A stretch of 64,000 nucleotides of DNA from an uncultured virus (IMG/VR IMGVR_UViG_3300047355_000120). Its lineage: Duplodnaviria; Heunggongvirae; Uroviricota; Caudoviricetes. The position numbers and the translations under genes were made by a program. Below are positions 7,463 through 16,190 of the stretch, in pieces. The notes below the pieces were generated by a model, which saw only the letters and a program-made list of their open reading frames with translations, was not told where the DNA came from and searched no databases. The stretch's first letter is position 1. Every line of letters begins with the position of its first letter. The stretch lies in IMG/VR virus record IMGVR_UViG_3300047355_000120; one strand, 5' to 3'.

Positions 7463-7770
7463 TGGCATTAATATTAGCAGCAAGCATTAACTTAAATGAA
7501 ATACCTAAAGACAAGATCATTATTGGTAAGAAAGGTAAATACTTACCTATCAGTATTACTCTTAACGATGAGCTTGATCAGTTCGGTAATCAGGGTCCAG
7601 TCATTGTATCGCAAAGTAAAGAAGAACGTGAAGCGAAACAAGCAAAGACATACTTAGGTAATGTAAAATTAGTATGGACCAACGGAGAAGTTAAAAAATT
7701 CGATAACCCACAGCAGCAAGCAGCACCGCCTGTAGCAGCTGCAGCAATCGAAGATGATTTACCATTTTAA
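7462..7770 (+). CDS. single-stranded DNA-binding protein-like
   Basis: Acidic C-terminal EDDLPF tail; lies between recombinase and primase. Confidence 0.7.
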   Translation: MALILAASINLNEIPKDKIIIGKKGKYLPISITLNDELDQFGNQGPVIVSQSKEEREAKQAKTYLGNVKLVWTNGEVKKFDNPQQQAAPPVAAAAIEDDLPF

Positions 7771-7780
7771 ATAGTAATAC

Positions 7781-9496
7781 ATGCAAGTAAACAACACGGA
7801 GATTAATGGATTTTTAATCGACCAGTTTAACCAACATAAACTAGATGTAGGAAAGACGCAGGGGATTTGTCCCCTGTGTTCACATGATAGAAAGCCTAAA
7901 AACCAAAAGGCTAAATGTGCTAGTTATGATTGGGAACGAGGTTTGGGTACTTGCCATCATTGTGATTCATCATTCCAATTACATACGTATCAACGTAAAG
8001 GTGCTAGTGAAAAGACTTATGTAAGGCCTGAAAGTATAGAGGTAAAACCTCCTACTAGCAAAGTAATTGAGTGGTTTAAAACAAGAGGTATATCTCAGCA
8101 GACTCTTATCGATCTTCGGTGCGGTGAGGGTCCTGAGTTTATGCCACAGACCGGCAAGTCCGAGAATACAATTCAGTTCAATTATATAGTAGGCGATGAG
8201 TTAATCAATGTTAAATACAGAGATGGTCGTAAAAATTTTAAATTATATAAAGGTGCTGAAAAAGTATTTTATAATATAAATAGTATTGTAGGTTTTGATA
8301 CTTGTGTTATAACTGAAGGTGAAATGGATGTATTAGCACTACATGAAGCTGGAATATCAAATGCAATATCAGTACCTAACGGTGCAACTCTAAATTCTAA
8401 TAACTTAGACTATTTAGATAACTGTATAGATTACTTTGAAGATAAAGAAAAAGTAATACTAGCTGTAGATAATGATGAACCTGGTCAAGCTTTACAACAA
8501 GAACTTATTAGACGTCTTGGTGCTGAAGTTTGTTTCATGGCAAGTTTTGAAGATTGTAAGGATGCAAATGAATATTTAATAAAACACGGTAAGGAACAAT
8601 TAAAAAATAAGATTAATGATGCAAGACCTGTTCCATTAGAAAACGTAAAAACATTTAAAGATATTGAAGATGAAATTACAGATTTTGTTAAAAATGGTTT
8701 TAAGCCTGGGTACCAAATTGGCTTACCTAATTTTGATAATATTTTCTCTACTTATACTGGGCAGTTTATCACTGTTACTGGCATACCATCTAGCGGAAAG
8801 TCAGATTTCGTTGATCAGATGGTAGTAGGTTATAACCAAAGGTATCAATGGAAAACAGCTTTTGCTAGTCCTGAAAATGCTCCTACTTATTTACATGCTC
8901 ACAAGCTTATGCGTAAGATCTGGCAGGATATGCCAACAAGAAATGATATACATTCAGATAAATGGAATCAGATTGCAGAACATTGTAATGATAACTTTTT
9001 TCATATTGATATGGAACGTTATACTCTTGAGTCTGTGTTACGTAAAGGTGCTGAGCTAGTTAAACGTAAGGGTATTAAATGTCTTGTCATAGATCCATTT
9101 AATAAGATCAGAGATGTTGATTGTAAAACCGAGGATGTAAATAGATATACAATGGAATATCTAACTAAGATTGAAATGTTTTGTAAGAAATATGATGTTT
9201 TAGTTTTTATTGTAGCGCATCCAACTAAAATGTATAGAGATAAAGATGGTAAAATTGAAGAACCTACTATGTATAACATTAAAGGCGGTGGTGAATGGTA
9301 CGATGCAAGTTATCATGGTATACTGGTCCACAGAGATTATGAAGCTAAAACAGTTAAAGCAAAAGTACTTAAAGTAAAGTTTCAAAACCTAGGTGAAAAC
9401 GGAGCAGAAGCTCATTTTAAATGGGAACATAAATCAGGTTGTTTTATACCTCATCAATTAGCTGAGCTAGAAGAGGAATCAATGCCTTGGGATTAA
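7781..9496 (+). CDS. DNA primase-helicase (T7 gp4/Twinkle-like)
   Basis: CPLC..CHHC Zn domain; TOPRIM ITEGEMD/DNDEPG; Walker A GIPSSGKS; Walker B LVIDP. Confidence 0.95.
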   Translation: MQVNNTEINGFLIDQFNQHKLDVGKTQGICPLCSHDRKPKNQKAKCASYDWERGLGTCHHCDSSFQLHTYQRKGASEKTYVRPESIEVKPPTSKVIEWFKTRGISQQTLIDLRCGEGPEFMPQTGKSENTIQFNYIVGDELINVKYRDGRKNFKLYKGAEKVFYNINSIVGFDTCVITEGEMDVLALHEAGISNAISVPNGATLNSNNLDYLDNCIDYFEDKEKVILAVDNDEPGQALQQELIRRLGAEVCFMASFEDCKDANEYLIKHGKEQLKNKINDARPVPLENVKTFKDIEDEITDFVKNGFKPGYQIGLPNFDNIFSTYTGQFITVTGIPSSGKSDFVDQMVVGYNQRYQWKTAFASPENAPTYLHAHKLMRKIWQDMPTRNDIHSDKWNQIAEHCNDNFFHIDMERYTLESVLRKGAELVKRKGIKCLVIDPFNKIRDVDCKTEDVNRYTMEYLTKIEMFCKKYDVLVFIVAHPTKMYRDKDGKIEEPTMYNIKGGGEWYDASYHGILVHRDYEAKTVKAKVLKVKFQNLGENGAEAHFKWEHKSGCFIPHQLAELEEESMPWD

Positions 9497-9774
9497 TGAG
9501 TGCTGCTTGGCGTAAAAAAAAGGTAAACATCTTAGGGCCTGAATGGACTGATGAAAATACAGAGGCATATAAATGGTGTATAAACAATGGTGTTAAAATA
9601 TCTCCATGGGCTGCAAGTAGTGAACAAGATAATTACTACTGGTGGATTGATGTAGAAGTTAATGGAGCTAAAAAACGATCACCATTTAAATACAACGGTA
9701 AACAATTAAACGAAAAAATATTCGAATTATATAGATTTTATTATGATAAAAACAAAATTTCAAACAGCAAGTGA
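9496..9774 (+). CDS. hypothetical protein
   Basis: ORF track (start 9487); ATG at 9496 overlaps the helicase stop. Confidence 0.65.
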   Translation: MSAAWRKKKVNILGPEWTDENTEAYKWCINNGVKISPWAASSEQDNYYWWIDVEVNGAKKRSPFKYNGKQLNEKIFELYRFYYDKNKISNSK

Positions 9775-10393
9775 TGCTTTTAATTATTTCTTTCCATTGA
9801 TAATGTGGGACGGTATAAAGTTCGATAATACTATGGCTTTATTTAATATAGGTTTTTATATTAAAAAACCTTTAGACAATGATATATTAGCTAGTCACAG
9901 AAAATGGAATAAAGAATATGCTGAAGCTGAATGGCAATGGTACTTATCAGGTGATCCTAACGTAGATAAGTTAGGAGAGATATATGGTAGAGTGCCTGAG
10001 ATATGGCAACGAATGGTCGACGGTAATAATGAAGTAAGATCTAATTACGGTTGGCAATGGGAACGTAACTATCAATTAGATTATGTAGTTGCAAAGCTTA
10101 AGGATAATCCTAATACTAGACACGCGGCAATAAGTATATATGATGGTAAAGAACATCATTACTACGCTAAAGATACTCCATGTACTTATGCGGTTCAGTT
10201 TACAGTATTAAACAATAAACTAAATATGTCAGTTGTGATGCGTTCTAATGATCTCTGGTACGGTTTCTGTAATGATCAGTATTGTTTTTCAAAGCTACAG
10301 GAATTAGTCTCAGAGAGGACAGGATATGAGATCGGTACGTATTACCATTTCGCACATAACTTACATTTGTATAACGATAAAATAACAAAATAA
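9743..10393 (+). CDS. thymidylate synthase-superfamily enzyme, probably dCMP hydroxymethylase/methylase (T4 gp42-like)
   Basis: E.QWYLS, P.IWQ, SNYGW, PCTYAVQF, MRSNDLWYGFCND with Asp at the E. coli ThyA Asn177-equivalent position. Confidence 0.75.
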   Translation: MIKTKFQTASDAFNYFFPLIMWDGIKFDNTMALFNIGFYIKKPLDNDILASHRKWNKEYAEAEWQWYLSGDPNVDKLGEIYGRVPEIWQRMVDGNNEVRSNYGWQWERNYQLDYVVAKLKDNPNTRHAAISIYDGKEHHYYAKDTPCTYAVQFTVLNNKLNMSVVMRSNDLWYGFCNDQYCFSKLQELVSERTGYEIGTYYHFAHNLHLYNDKITK

Positions 10394-11163
10394 TGTATTA
10401 TTTATACCACATACCAGGTAAAAAGATAGGTGTTACACGTGATCTTAATACTCGTGTTACATTAATTCAGGGCTATAGCTCTAGTGAATATGAAGTTCTT
10501 GATCAGTCGGACGATATAGATTATATATCGGACAAAGAGATAGAACTTCAAAAGTCTTATGGCTATAAAGTAGATAGAAAGAAATATAAAAACCTTTTTA
10601 AGAAAATGAAAATAAACGTAACAGAACAAACTTCAACTTTTGCAGTTCCTTTAAACAAATTAAAAGGACATCTTATGGATAACATGAATATGAAATGGGA
10701 TACATCTCATGGTAAGTTCTACATAGATATGCAAACAATACAATGGATAATGGATAACGCTAAAGTTTCAATGTATAATGATAAGAGATCTTACATATAT
10801 AATAAAGCTTTTGCAGAGTACTTTAAAACTAGTACAATTATGGAAATACCAGACTATAATAAAAGTCAGGTTATGTTTGATAAAATTAGAACATGGGCTT
10901 ATGAAAGAGGTTTATATGAAAAAGGAAATCCTATGGTACAGTATGTTAAACTACAAGAAGAAGCTGGTGAACTAGCTAAAGCTTTATTAAAAGATGATCA
11001 ACCAGAAGTTATAGATGCTATTGGTGATATGGTTGTAGTGTTAACTAACTTAGCTCATCAACGAGGTGTTTATATTGAAACATGCATACAGTCTGCATAT
11101 GAAGTTATAAACCAAAGAACAGGTAAAATGATTAACGGAACATTTGTAAAAGATGAAAATTAA
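10393..11163 (+). CDS. GIY-YIG-like N-terminal domain fused to MazG-like NTP pyrophosphohydrolase
   Basis: N-term YYLYH...KIGVT.DL..R...E; C-term KLQEEAGELA...DAIGDMVVVL. Confidence 0.75.
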   Translation: MYYLYHIPGKKIGVTRDLNTRVTLIQGYSSSEYEVLDQSDDIDYISDKEIELQKSYGYKVDRKKYKNLFKKMKINVTEQTSTFAVPLNKLKGHLMDNMNMKWDTSHGKFYIDMQTIQWIMDNAKVSMYNDKRSYIYNKAFAEYFKTSTIMEIPDYNKSQVMFDKIRTWAYERGLYEKGNPMVQYVKLQEEAGELAKALLKDDQPEVIDAIGDMVVVLTNLAHQRGVYIETCIQSAYEVINQRTGKMINGTFVKDEN

Positions 11164-11437
11164 AACAGAAGATAAGATAGTAAAGGCAGTACTAAGGAAG
11201 ATGGACCAACGTAGTTTAATAGGCCAGAAAAAATATGGAGCTACAATGATGCAAGAAATTGAAGGTCAAGAAAAAGATTTAAATAGATTTTTAATTGATG
11301 TACAAGAGGAATTAATGGATGCATTATTATATATTGAAGCAGCTAAAAGATGTTTACAAGATGAGATAGAAGAGGTTGCATACAATAGGTTTACTAAAGA
11401 TGTAACTAATATAAACGTAAATGAAGAAGTCTTATAA
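11153..11437 (+). CDS. small all-alpha NTP-PPase-like protein
   Basis: R...GQKKYG.T...QEELMDALLY motif. Confidence 0.55.
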   Translation: MKIKTEDKIVKAVLRKMDQRSLIGQKKYGATMMQEIEGQEKDLNRFLIDVQEELMDALLYIEAAKRCLQDEIEEVAYNRFTKDVTNINVNEEVL

Positions 11438-11906
11438 ACGTAAAAGAGGACCAGTCCGAGCAAAAAAAGTAATATATGATGATATTAAATTTGCATCAGG
11501 ACTAGAAGTGTATATGTATAAAGCTTTGAAAGAAGCTAGAATCGTAGCTGAGTATGAGCCTACAAGCTATACTCTGCTTAACGGTTTTGATTATGAAGGT
11601 ATATGCTTTGAAAAACAAGCTAACGGTAAAGGTGAATACAAAGATCGAGGTTGTAAAAAGATTTTACCTATAAAATACAAACCAGATTTTGTAGGTAGAG
11701 ATTTTGTAATTGAATGTAAAGGTAGAGCTAATGAATCGTTTCCACTTAGATGGAAATTATTTAAATCATGGATAGCACAGCATTCACCTAGTATAGCACT
11801 GTTTAAACCTCAAAACCAAAAAGACTGTGATGAAACTATCAAGCAGATAGAAATCATGAGAAAAAATCTTAGAACAAATGCAAAGAAAAAACAAACTAGC
11901 CTCTAA
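11421..11906 (+). CDS. endonuclease I-like Holliday junction resolvase (PD-(D/E)XK)
   Basis: FASGLE, YEP, Y.PDF..IECKG. Confidence 0.8.
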   Translation: MKKSYKRKRGPVRAKKVIYDDIKFASGLEVYMYKALKEARIVAEYEPTSYTLLNGFDYEGICFEKQANGKGEYKDRGCKKILPIKYKPDFVGRDFVIECKGRANESFPLRWKLFKSWIAQHSPSIALFKPQNQKDCDETIKQIEIMRKNLRTNAKKKQTSL

Positions 11907-12042
11907 ACATATAGCTAGAACTAAATATAAGGAACGTAAGATCGATACTTATATTAAATGGACAGTTAATAAAAGAGGTTATTTAAAATGGAAGGATCTA
12001 ATTGCGATCCATAATAAATATAATATACAATGCTATGGGTAA
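11878..12042 (+). CDS. small basic hypothetical protein (54 aa), not in ORF track
   Basis: Hand translation MQRKNKLASK...; fills gap with overlaps at both ends. Confidence 0.5.
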   Translation: MQRKNKLASKHIARTKYKERKIDTYIKWTVNKRGYLKWKDLIAIHNKYNIQCYG

Positions 12043-12187
12043 ATCAAAACAATGGGAGTTGTCAGCTGGAGTGTTTCCAGGTATACTCTTTGGAATAAGA
12101 AGTTATGAAGACGGAGATTTTCAAGTAGATCACGTTTTATATTTAGGAATATTTGATATATGTTTAACTCTATACTATGAAGAATAA
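12035..12187 (+). CDS. small hypothetical protein (MGKSKQWELSAG...)
   Basis: ORF track (start 12002); ATG at 12035 preferred. Confidence 0.6.
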   Translation: MGKSKQWELSAGVFPGILFGIRSYEDGDFQVDHVLYLGIFDICLTLYYEE

Positions 12188-13166
12188 TATGAACGTACCA
12201 TTATTTACAGAAAGAATACCGTACAAGCCTTTTGAATATCCTGAGTACTATACTGAGGGTTGGTTAAAGCAAGCTCAAGCGTTTTGGTTACATACTGAAA
12301 TACCTATGAGTGGTGATGTTAAAGACTGGAATGAAAAATTAACTCCAGAAGAAAAAAACTTAGTAGGTAATATACTATTAGGTTTTGCACAAACAGAATG
12401 TGCAGTAAGTGATTACTGGACACAAAACGTCGTATCATGGTTTCCTAAACATGAGATACAGCAAATGGCTATGATGTTCGGCTCACAAGAAACAATACAC
12501 GCTGTAGCTTACAGTTATTTAAATGAAACACTTGGACTCGAAGATTACGAAGCTTTTCTCCATGAGCCTGCTACTGCTGCAAGGTTTGATAACCTGGTTA
12601 GTTATGGCGGGTCCGATCCTATTGGTATTGGTAAGTCTCTTGCTACTTTTTCTGCTTTTGCTGAAGGGGTTAGTTTATATTCTGCCTTTGCTGTATTATA
12701 CAGTTTTCAAATGAGAAACCTATTAAAAGGTATTGGTCAACAAATGAAATGGTCTGTAAGAGATGAATCATTACATAGTAAAATGGGTTGTCAACTATTT
12801 AGACATATGTGTTCGCAAATACCAGGATTAAAAGAAGAATGTAAAGAGCATGTATATGATGCAGCTTTAACTATGCACAATGCTGAAATGACTTATATAT
12901 CTAAGTTATTTGAAATGGGTGATATTGAAGGAATAACAGAATATGACCTTAAACATTTTATTAAAAAACGTACAGGTGATAAACTTAAAGAATTGGGCTA
13001 CAAAGCAGAAGGAAAATTTAAATTTGAATATGACCAAAAGTCAATTGACAAAATGGCTTGGTTCGACCATCTTACTGGGGGTCACACTCACACTGATTTT
13101 TTCGCTATTAGGCCGACTGACTATAGTAAAGCAAATGAAGGCGAAGACTTTGAAGATGTTTGGTAA
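12177..13166 (+). CDS. nrdB: class I ribonucleotide reductase beta subunit
   Basis: YKPFEYP, FW..TEI, ETIH...Y, AEGV.LYS.F, RDESLH, HTDFF. Confidence 0.95.
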   Translation: MKNNMNVPLFTERIPYKPFEYPEYYTEGWLKQAQAFWLHTEIPMSGDVKDWNEKLTPEEKNLVGNILLGFAQTECAVSDYWTQNVVSWFPKHEIQQMAMMFGSQETIHAVAYSYLNETLGLEDYEAFLHEPATAARFDNLVSYGGSDPIGIGKSLATFSAFAEGVSLYSAFAVLYSFQMRNLLKGIGQQMKWSVRDESLHSKMGCQLFRHMCSQIPGLKEECKEHVYDAALTMHNAEMTYISKLFEMGDIEGITEYDLKHFIKKRTGDKLKELGYKAEGKFKFEYDQKSIDKMAWFDHLTGGHTHTDFFAIRPTDYSKANEGEDFEDVW

Positions 13167-13414
13167 CAATAAAATTAAATGATATGAAAGAAAATAAATT
13201 AATATTAATGCAAAAAAAAGTAGATCAAATGGGTGTTGTTATAAATACTCTTATTGAAAAACTTAAACAAGTAGATAGTATGGCTAAAGGAACTTTAACA
13301 GCTTTTCAATTAAATATAGGTAAAGAAACTTGGGATAAATTAGTTGAAGAATTAAAAGATATAGAGTCTAGGCCAAAACCAGAAGAAAAAAAGTTTGAGA
13401 CTGATGTGGAATAA
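13160..13414 (+). CDS. hypothetical coiled-coil protein (start probably the internal ATG of MKENK)
   Basis: ORF track; lies between nrdB and nrdA. Confidence 0.6.
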   Translation: MVTIKLNDMKENKLILMQKKVDQMGVVINTLIEKLKQVDSMAKGTLTAFQLNIGKETWDKLVEELKDIESRPKPEEKKFETDVE

Positions 13415-15125
13415 TGAGTGGAAAAAAGGTGTTGATTACCCAAGCTGGGGAGACACTGATGTTTATAAAAAAACTATAGGTGGTGGTTATCTTTTAAAAA
13501 ATGAATCACCTAAAGATGCTTATCATAGAGTTTGTAATACTGTAGCAAGACGTTTAGAACGTCCTGATATGGCCGAAAAGTTTTTTGAATACATTTGGTC
13601 AGGTTGGTTATGTCTTGCGTCTCCTGTGTTGTCTAATACAGGAACAGACAGAGGTTTACCGATCAGTTGTTTCGGTATAGATGTTGCTGACAGTATATAC
13701 GATATAGGTAGTAAAAACCTAGAGATGATGCTACTCGCAAAGCACGGCGGTGGAGTAGGAATCGGAATTAATCAAATCAGACCCGCTAGTGCAAAAATTA
13801 AAGGAAATGGAACTAGTGATGGAGTTGTGCCTTTTTGTAAGATATACGATTCAACAATACTTGCCACTAATCAAGGATCTGTCCGACGAGGAGCTGCATC
13901 GGTTAATCTTAACATTGAACACCCCGATTTTGATGAGTGGCTCGAAATACGTGAACCTAAAGGAGACGTTAACCGTCAATCACTCAACCTGCACCAGTGC
14001 GCTGTGGTCGGCGACAAGTTTATGCGACGAGTTGAGTCAGGAGATGGAGCAGCTAGAAAACGTTGGGGAAAATTACTTCAAAAGCGTAAAGCTACTGGAG
14101 AACCTTACGTGTTATTTAAGGGGAATACAAACAAGTGTAACCCACCAGCTTACAAAAAGCACGGTTTAAAAGTACATATGACTAATATATGTAGTGAAAT
14201 TACATTACATACAGATGAGTCACACAGTTTCGTTTGTTGTCTATCTAGTTTAAATCTAGCTAAGTACGATGAATGGAAAGGAAGTAATCTAATACACGAT
14301 GCTATATGGTTTTTAGATGGCGTATTAGAAGAGTTTATACAGAGATCCAAAGGTAAAGTTGGATTTCATAATTCTGTAAGATCTGCTGAAAAAGGTAGAG
14401 CTTTAGGATTAGGCGTTTTAGGTTGGCACACGTATCTACAAGAAAAGGGCCTACCATTTGAAGGTTTATTATCACAATATGAAACAAGAAAAATTTTCTC
14501 ACAAATTAAAATCGAGTCTGAACGAGCTTCAATGTCTTTGGCTGAAGCTTTTGGAGAACCTCTTTGGTGTGTCGGTACTGGTTTTCGCAATACCCATCTT
14601 CGCGCTATCGCTCCCACTGTATCTAACAGTAAGCTTAGTGGAAACGTATCGCCAGGAATAGAACCATGGGCTGCAAATGTATTTACAGAACAAAGCGCTA
14701 AAGGTACTTTTATAAGAAAAAATCCAACATTAAAAAAAATATTACGCAAGCATAAAATAGATACTGAAAAAACATGGAATCAAATACTAAAAGACGGAGG
14801 ATCAATACAGGGATTAAAAGCATTAGACAAAATTACATACGGTCCTCACGATATACCGGTCAAAGAAATTTTCAAAACTTTCAAAGAAATTAATCAGTTA
14901 GAGTTAATTAATCAAGCGGGTATAAGACAACAATATATAGATCAAAGCGTAAGTTTAAACTTAGCTTTTCCTAGTGTTGCTACACCTAAGTGGATAAATA
15001 AAGTACATTTTGAAGCTTGGAAAAAAGGTATTAAAACCTTATACTATACTCGAACTGAGTCAGTGTTACGTGGAGATATTGCTGAACAAGCAATGGATGA
15101 CGGCTGTCTTAGTTGTGACGGATAA
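13404..15125 (+). CDS. nrdA: class I ribonucleotide reductase alpha subunit (no ATP cone)
   Basis: ASPVLSN, PISCF, GGGVG, TNICSEI, APTVSNS, LYY, C-terminal CLSCDG; ATG at 13404 (track start 13395). Confidence 0.95.
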   Translation: MWNNEWKKGVDYPSWGDTDVYKKTIGGGYLLKNESPKDAYHRVCNTVARRLERPDMAEKFFEYIWSGWLCLASPVLSNTGTDRGLPISCFGIDVADSIYDIGSKNLEMMLLAKHGGGVGIGINQIRPASAKIKGNGTSDGVVPFCKIYDSTILATNQGSVRRGAASVNLNIEHPDFDEWLEIREPKGDVNRQSLNLHQCAVVGDKFMRRVESGDGAARKRWGKLLQKRKATGEPYVLFKGNTNKCNPPAYKKHGLKVHMTNICSEITLHTDESHSFVCCLSSLNLAKYDEWKGSNLIHDAIWFLDGVLEEFIQRSKGKVGFHNSVRSAEKGRALGLGVLGWHTYLQEKGLPFEGLLSQYETRKIFSQIKIESERASMSLAEAFGEPLWCVGTGFRNTHLRAIAPTVSNSKLSGNVSPGIEPWAANVFTEQSAKGTFIRKNPTLKKILRKHKIDTEKTWNQILKDGGSIQGLKALDKITYGPHDIPVKEIFKTFKEINQLELINQAGIRQQYIDQSVSLNLAFPSVATPKWINKVHFEAWKKGIKTLYYTRTESVLRGDIAEQAMDDGCLSCDG

Positions 15126-15187
15126 TCAACGTTCGTTGGGTTGATCACTAACGGAGGAAATGAGTGGTTGGTGGGAGTTGATTATAT

Positions 15188-15221
15188 AAAAAAGGGGGCT
15201 ATTTTCATAGCTCCCTTTCTT
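15188..15221. terminator. bidirectional intrinsic terminator at the convergence of the two arms
   Basis: AAAAAA-GGGGGCTAT-TTTC-ATAGCTCCC-TTTCTT. Confidence 0.8.
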
Positions 15222-15235
15222 GTTACAGGAATTTT

Positions 15236-15259
15236 TGGGTATGGTGCCCATTTTTTTTT
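15236..15259 (+). terminator. second intrinsic terminator
   Basis: TGGGTA-TGG-TGCCCA followed by T9. Confidence 0.6.
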
Positions 15260-15267
15260 ATTCCTAG

Positions 15268-15591
15268 TTAGTTTTGAGATAGTAAAAAATATATTCTATT
15301 TTGAATTTCTTCTTTTGAAGCCGTTATTTTAAAACTTAAATTTGCATTCCATCGACCTCTTGGTTTACCATCTTTATCAAGTAATATAATTATTGGCACA
15401 GATTTTATTTGAGCTCTTAAAGAAGGTGTTTGATCTTCTAATAATGCATATTGTATTTTTGCCTCTTTAATACCTCTTAAATCAAAATTATTTCTTTGAT
15501 TCCACTGTGCATTTATATGCATTAAAGTATAATCCTGTGCTGTTACTAAAAAAGTGAACAACATAAATATAATTGTAATTAAATTTTTCAT
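15268..15591 (-). CDS. secreted thioredoxin-fold protein lacking CxxC
   Basis: Signal peptide ending TAQ; INAQWNQRN in place of WCxxC; IKSVPIIILLDKDGK cis-Pro motif. Confidence 0.6.
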   Translation of the reverse strand: MKNLITIIFMLFTFLVTAQDYTLMHINAQWNQRNNFDLRGIKEAKIQYALLEDQTPSLRAQIKSVPIIILLDKDGKPRGRWNANLSFKITASKEEIQNRIYFLLSQN

Positions 15592-15884
15592 TGGTATATT
15601 TTATCTTCTATTTTTTCTATTGATTCTTTATTGTCTAAAATATCTTCTTTTAAACCTTCAGTAGATTTTTCTATTTGTAAAATTGTAGAACGTATCAACT
15701 CATCTTTAAGTTGAAACTCCATTTGTTTTACAAACTCCTCAGGATTTGCTTTATTTTTAAGCTCTTGTATATCACTTTGCAAAGTAAACCACATACTTGC
15801 CAAAGCTATTACTCCTCCAACAATCATTCCAATTGTTTTAAGGTCTAGTTGTACTTGAGTGTCTTCTCCAATTTTTGTTGCCAT
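15588..15884 (-). CDS. single-TM coiled-coil membrane protein
   Basis: LDLKTIGMIVGG TM segment, then heptads. Confidence 0.7.
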   Translation of the reverse strand: MATKIGEDTQVQLDLKTIGMIVGGVIALASMWFTLQSDIQELKNKANPEEFVKQMEFQLKDELIRSTILQIEKSTEGLKEDILDNKESIEKIEDKIYQ

Positions 15885-15887
15885 GTT

Positions 15888-16187
15888 TTATCTTCTGTAA
15901 ATTTTATCTTCTAGTTTATCTAAACGTTTATCATGATCTTCAGCGAGCTTATCCATCATTTCTTCAAGATATAAAAGCTTTTGATCTATAACTTCATGCG
16001 ACTGTTGAGGCGGTAGTTTTTTAGCCTCTTCAATACCTTGTTTGTTTAACTGAATTTGCTCAGTCAAAGTAGTATAAGTCATTGTTATAGATATTAAACC
16101 ACCTACTATTAGTATAATAGTTTTTAAATCTAAACTTAAATCTGGCTTTCCATCACCGTCAATGTCTACACCTACTTCGTTTTTCAT
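15888..16187 (-). CDS. single-TM coiled-coil membrane protein, paralog of 15588-15884
   Basis: DIDGDGKPD motif; LDLKTIILIVGG; shared C-terminal EDKIY. Confidence 0.7.
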   Translation of the reverse strand: MKNEVGVDIDGDGKPDLSLDLKTIILIVGGLISITMTYTTLTEQIQLNKQGIEEAKKLPPQQSHEVIDQKLLYLEEMMDKLAEDHDKRLDKLEDKIYRR

Positions 16188-16190
16188 AAT

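Noticed and set aside
9743..10393. Canonical thyA annotation
   Set aside because: Asp instead of Asn at the specificity position, and gp42-like motifs
4162..14749. Minus-strand ORFs antisense to early and replication genes (4162, 7058, 9019, 9200, 11266, 14150, 14366)
   Set aside because: Antisense shadows with no recognisable motifs
15141..15332. ORF-track 63-aa + strand ORF
   Set aside because: Non-ATG start; runs through two terminator hairpins and into the opposing gene
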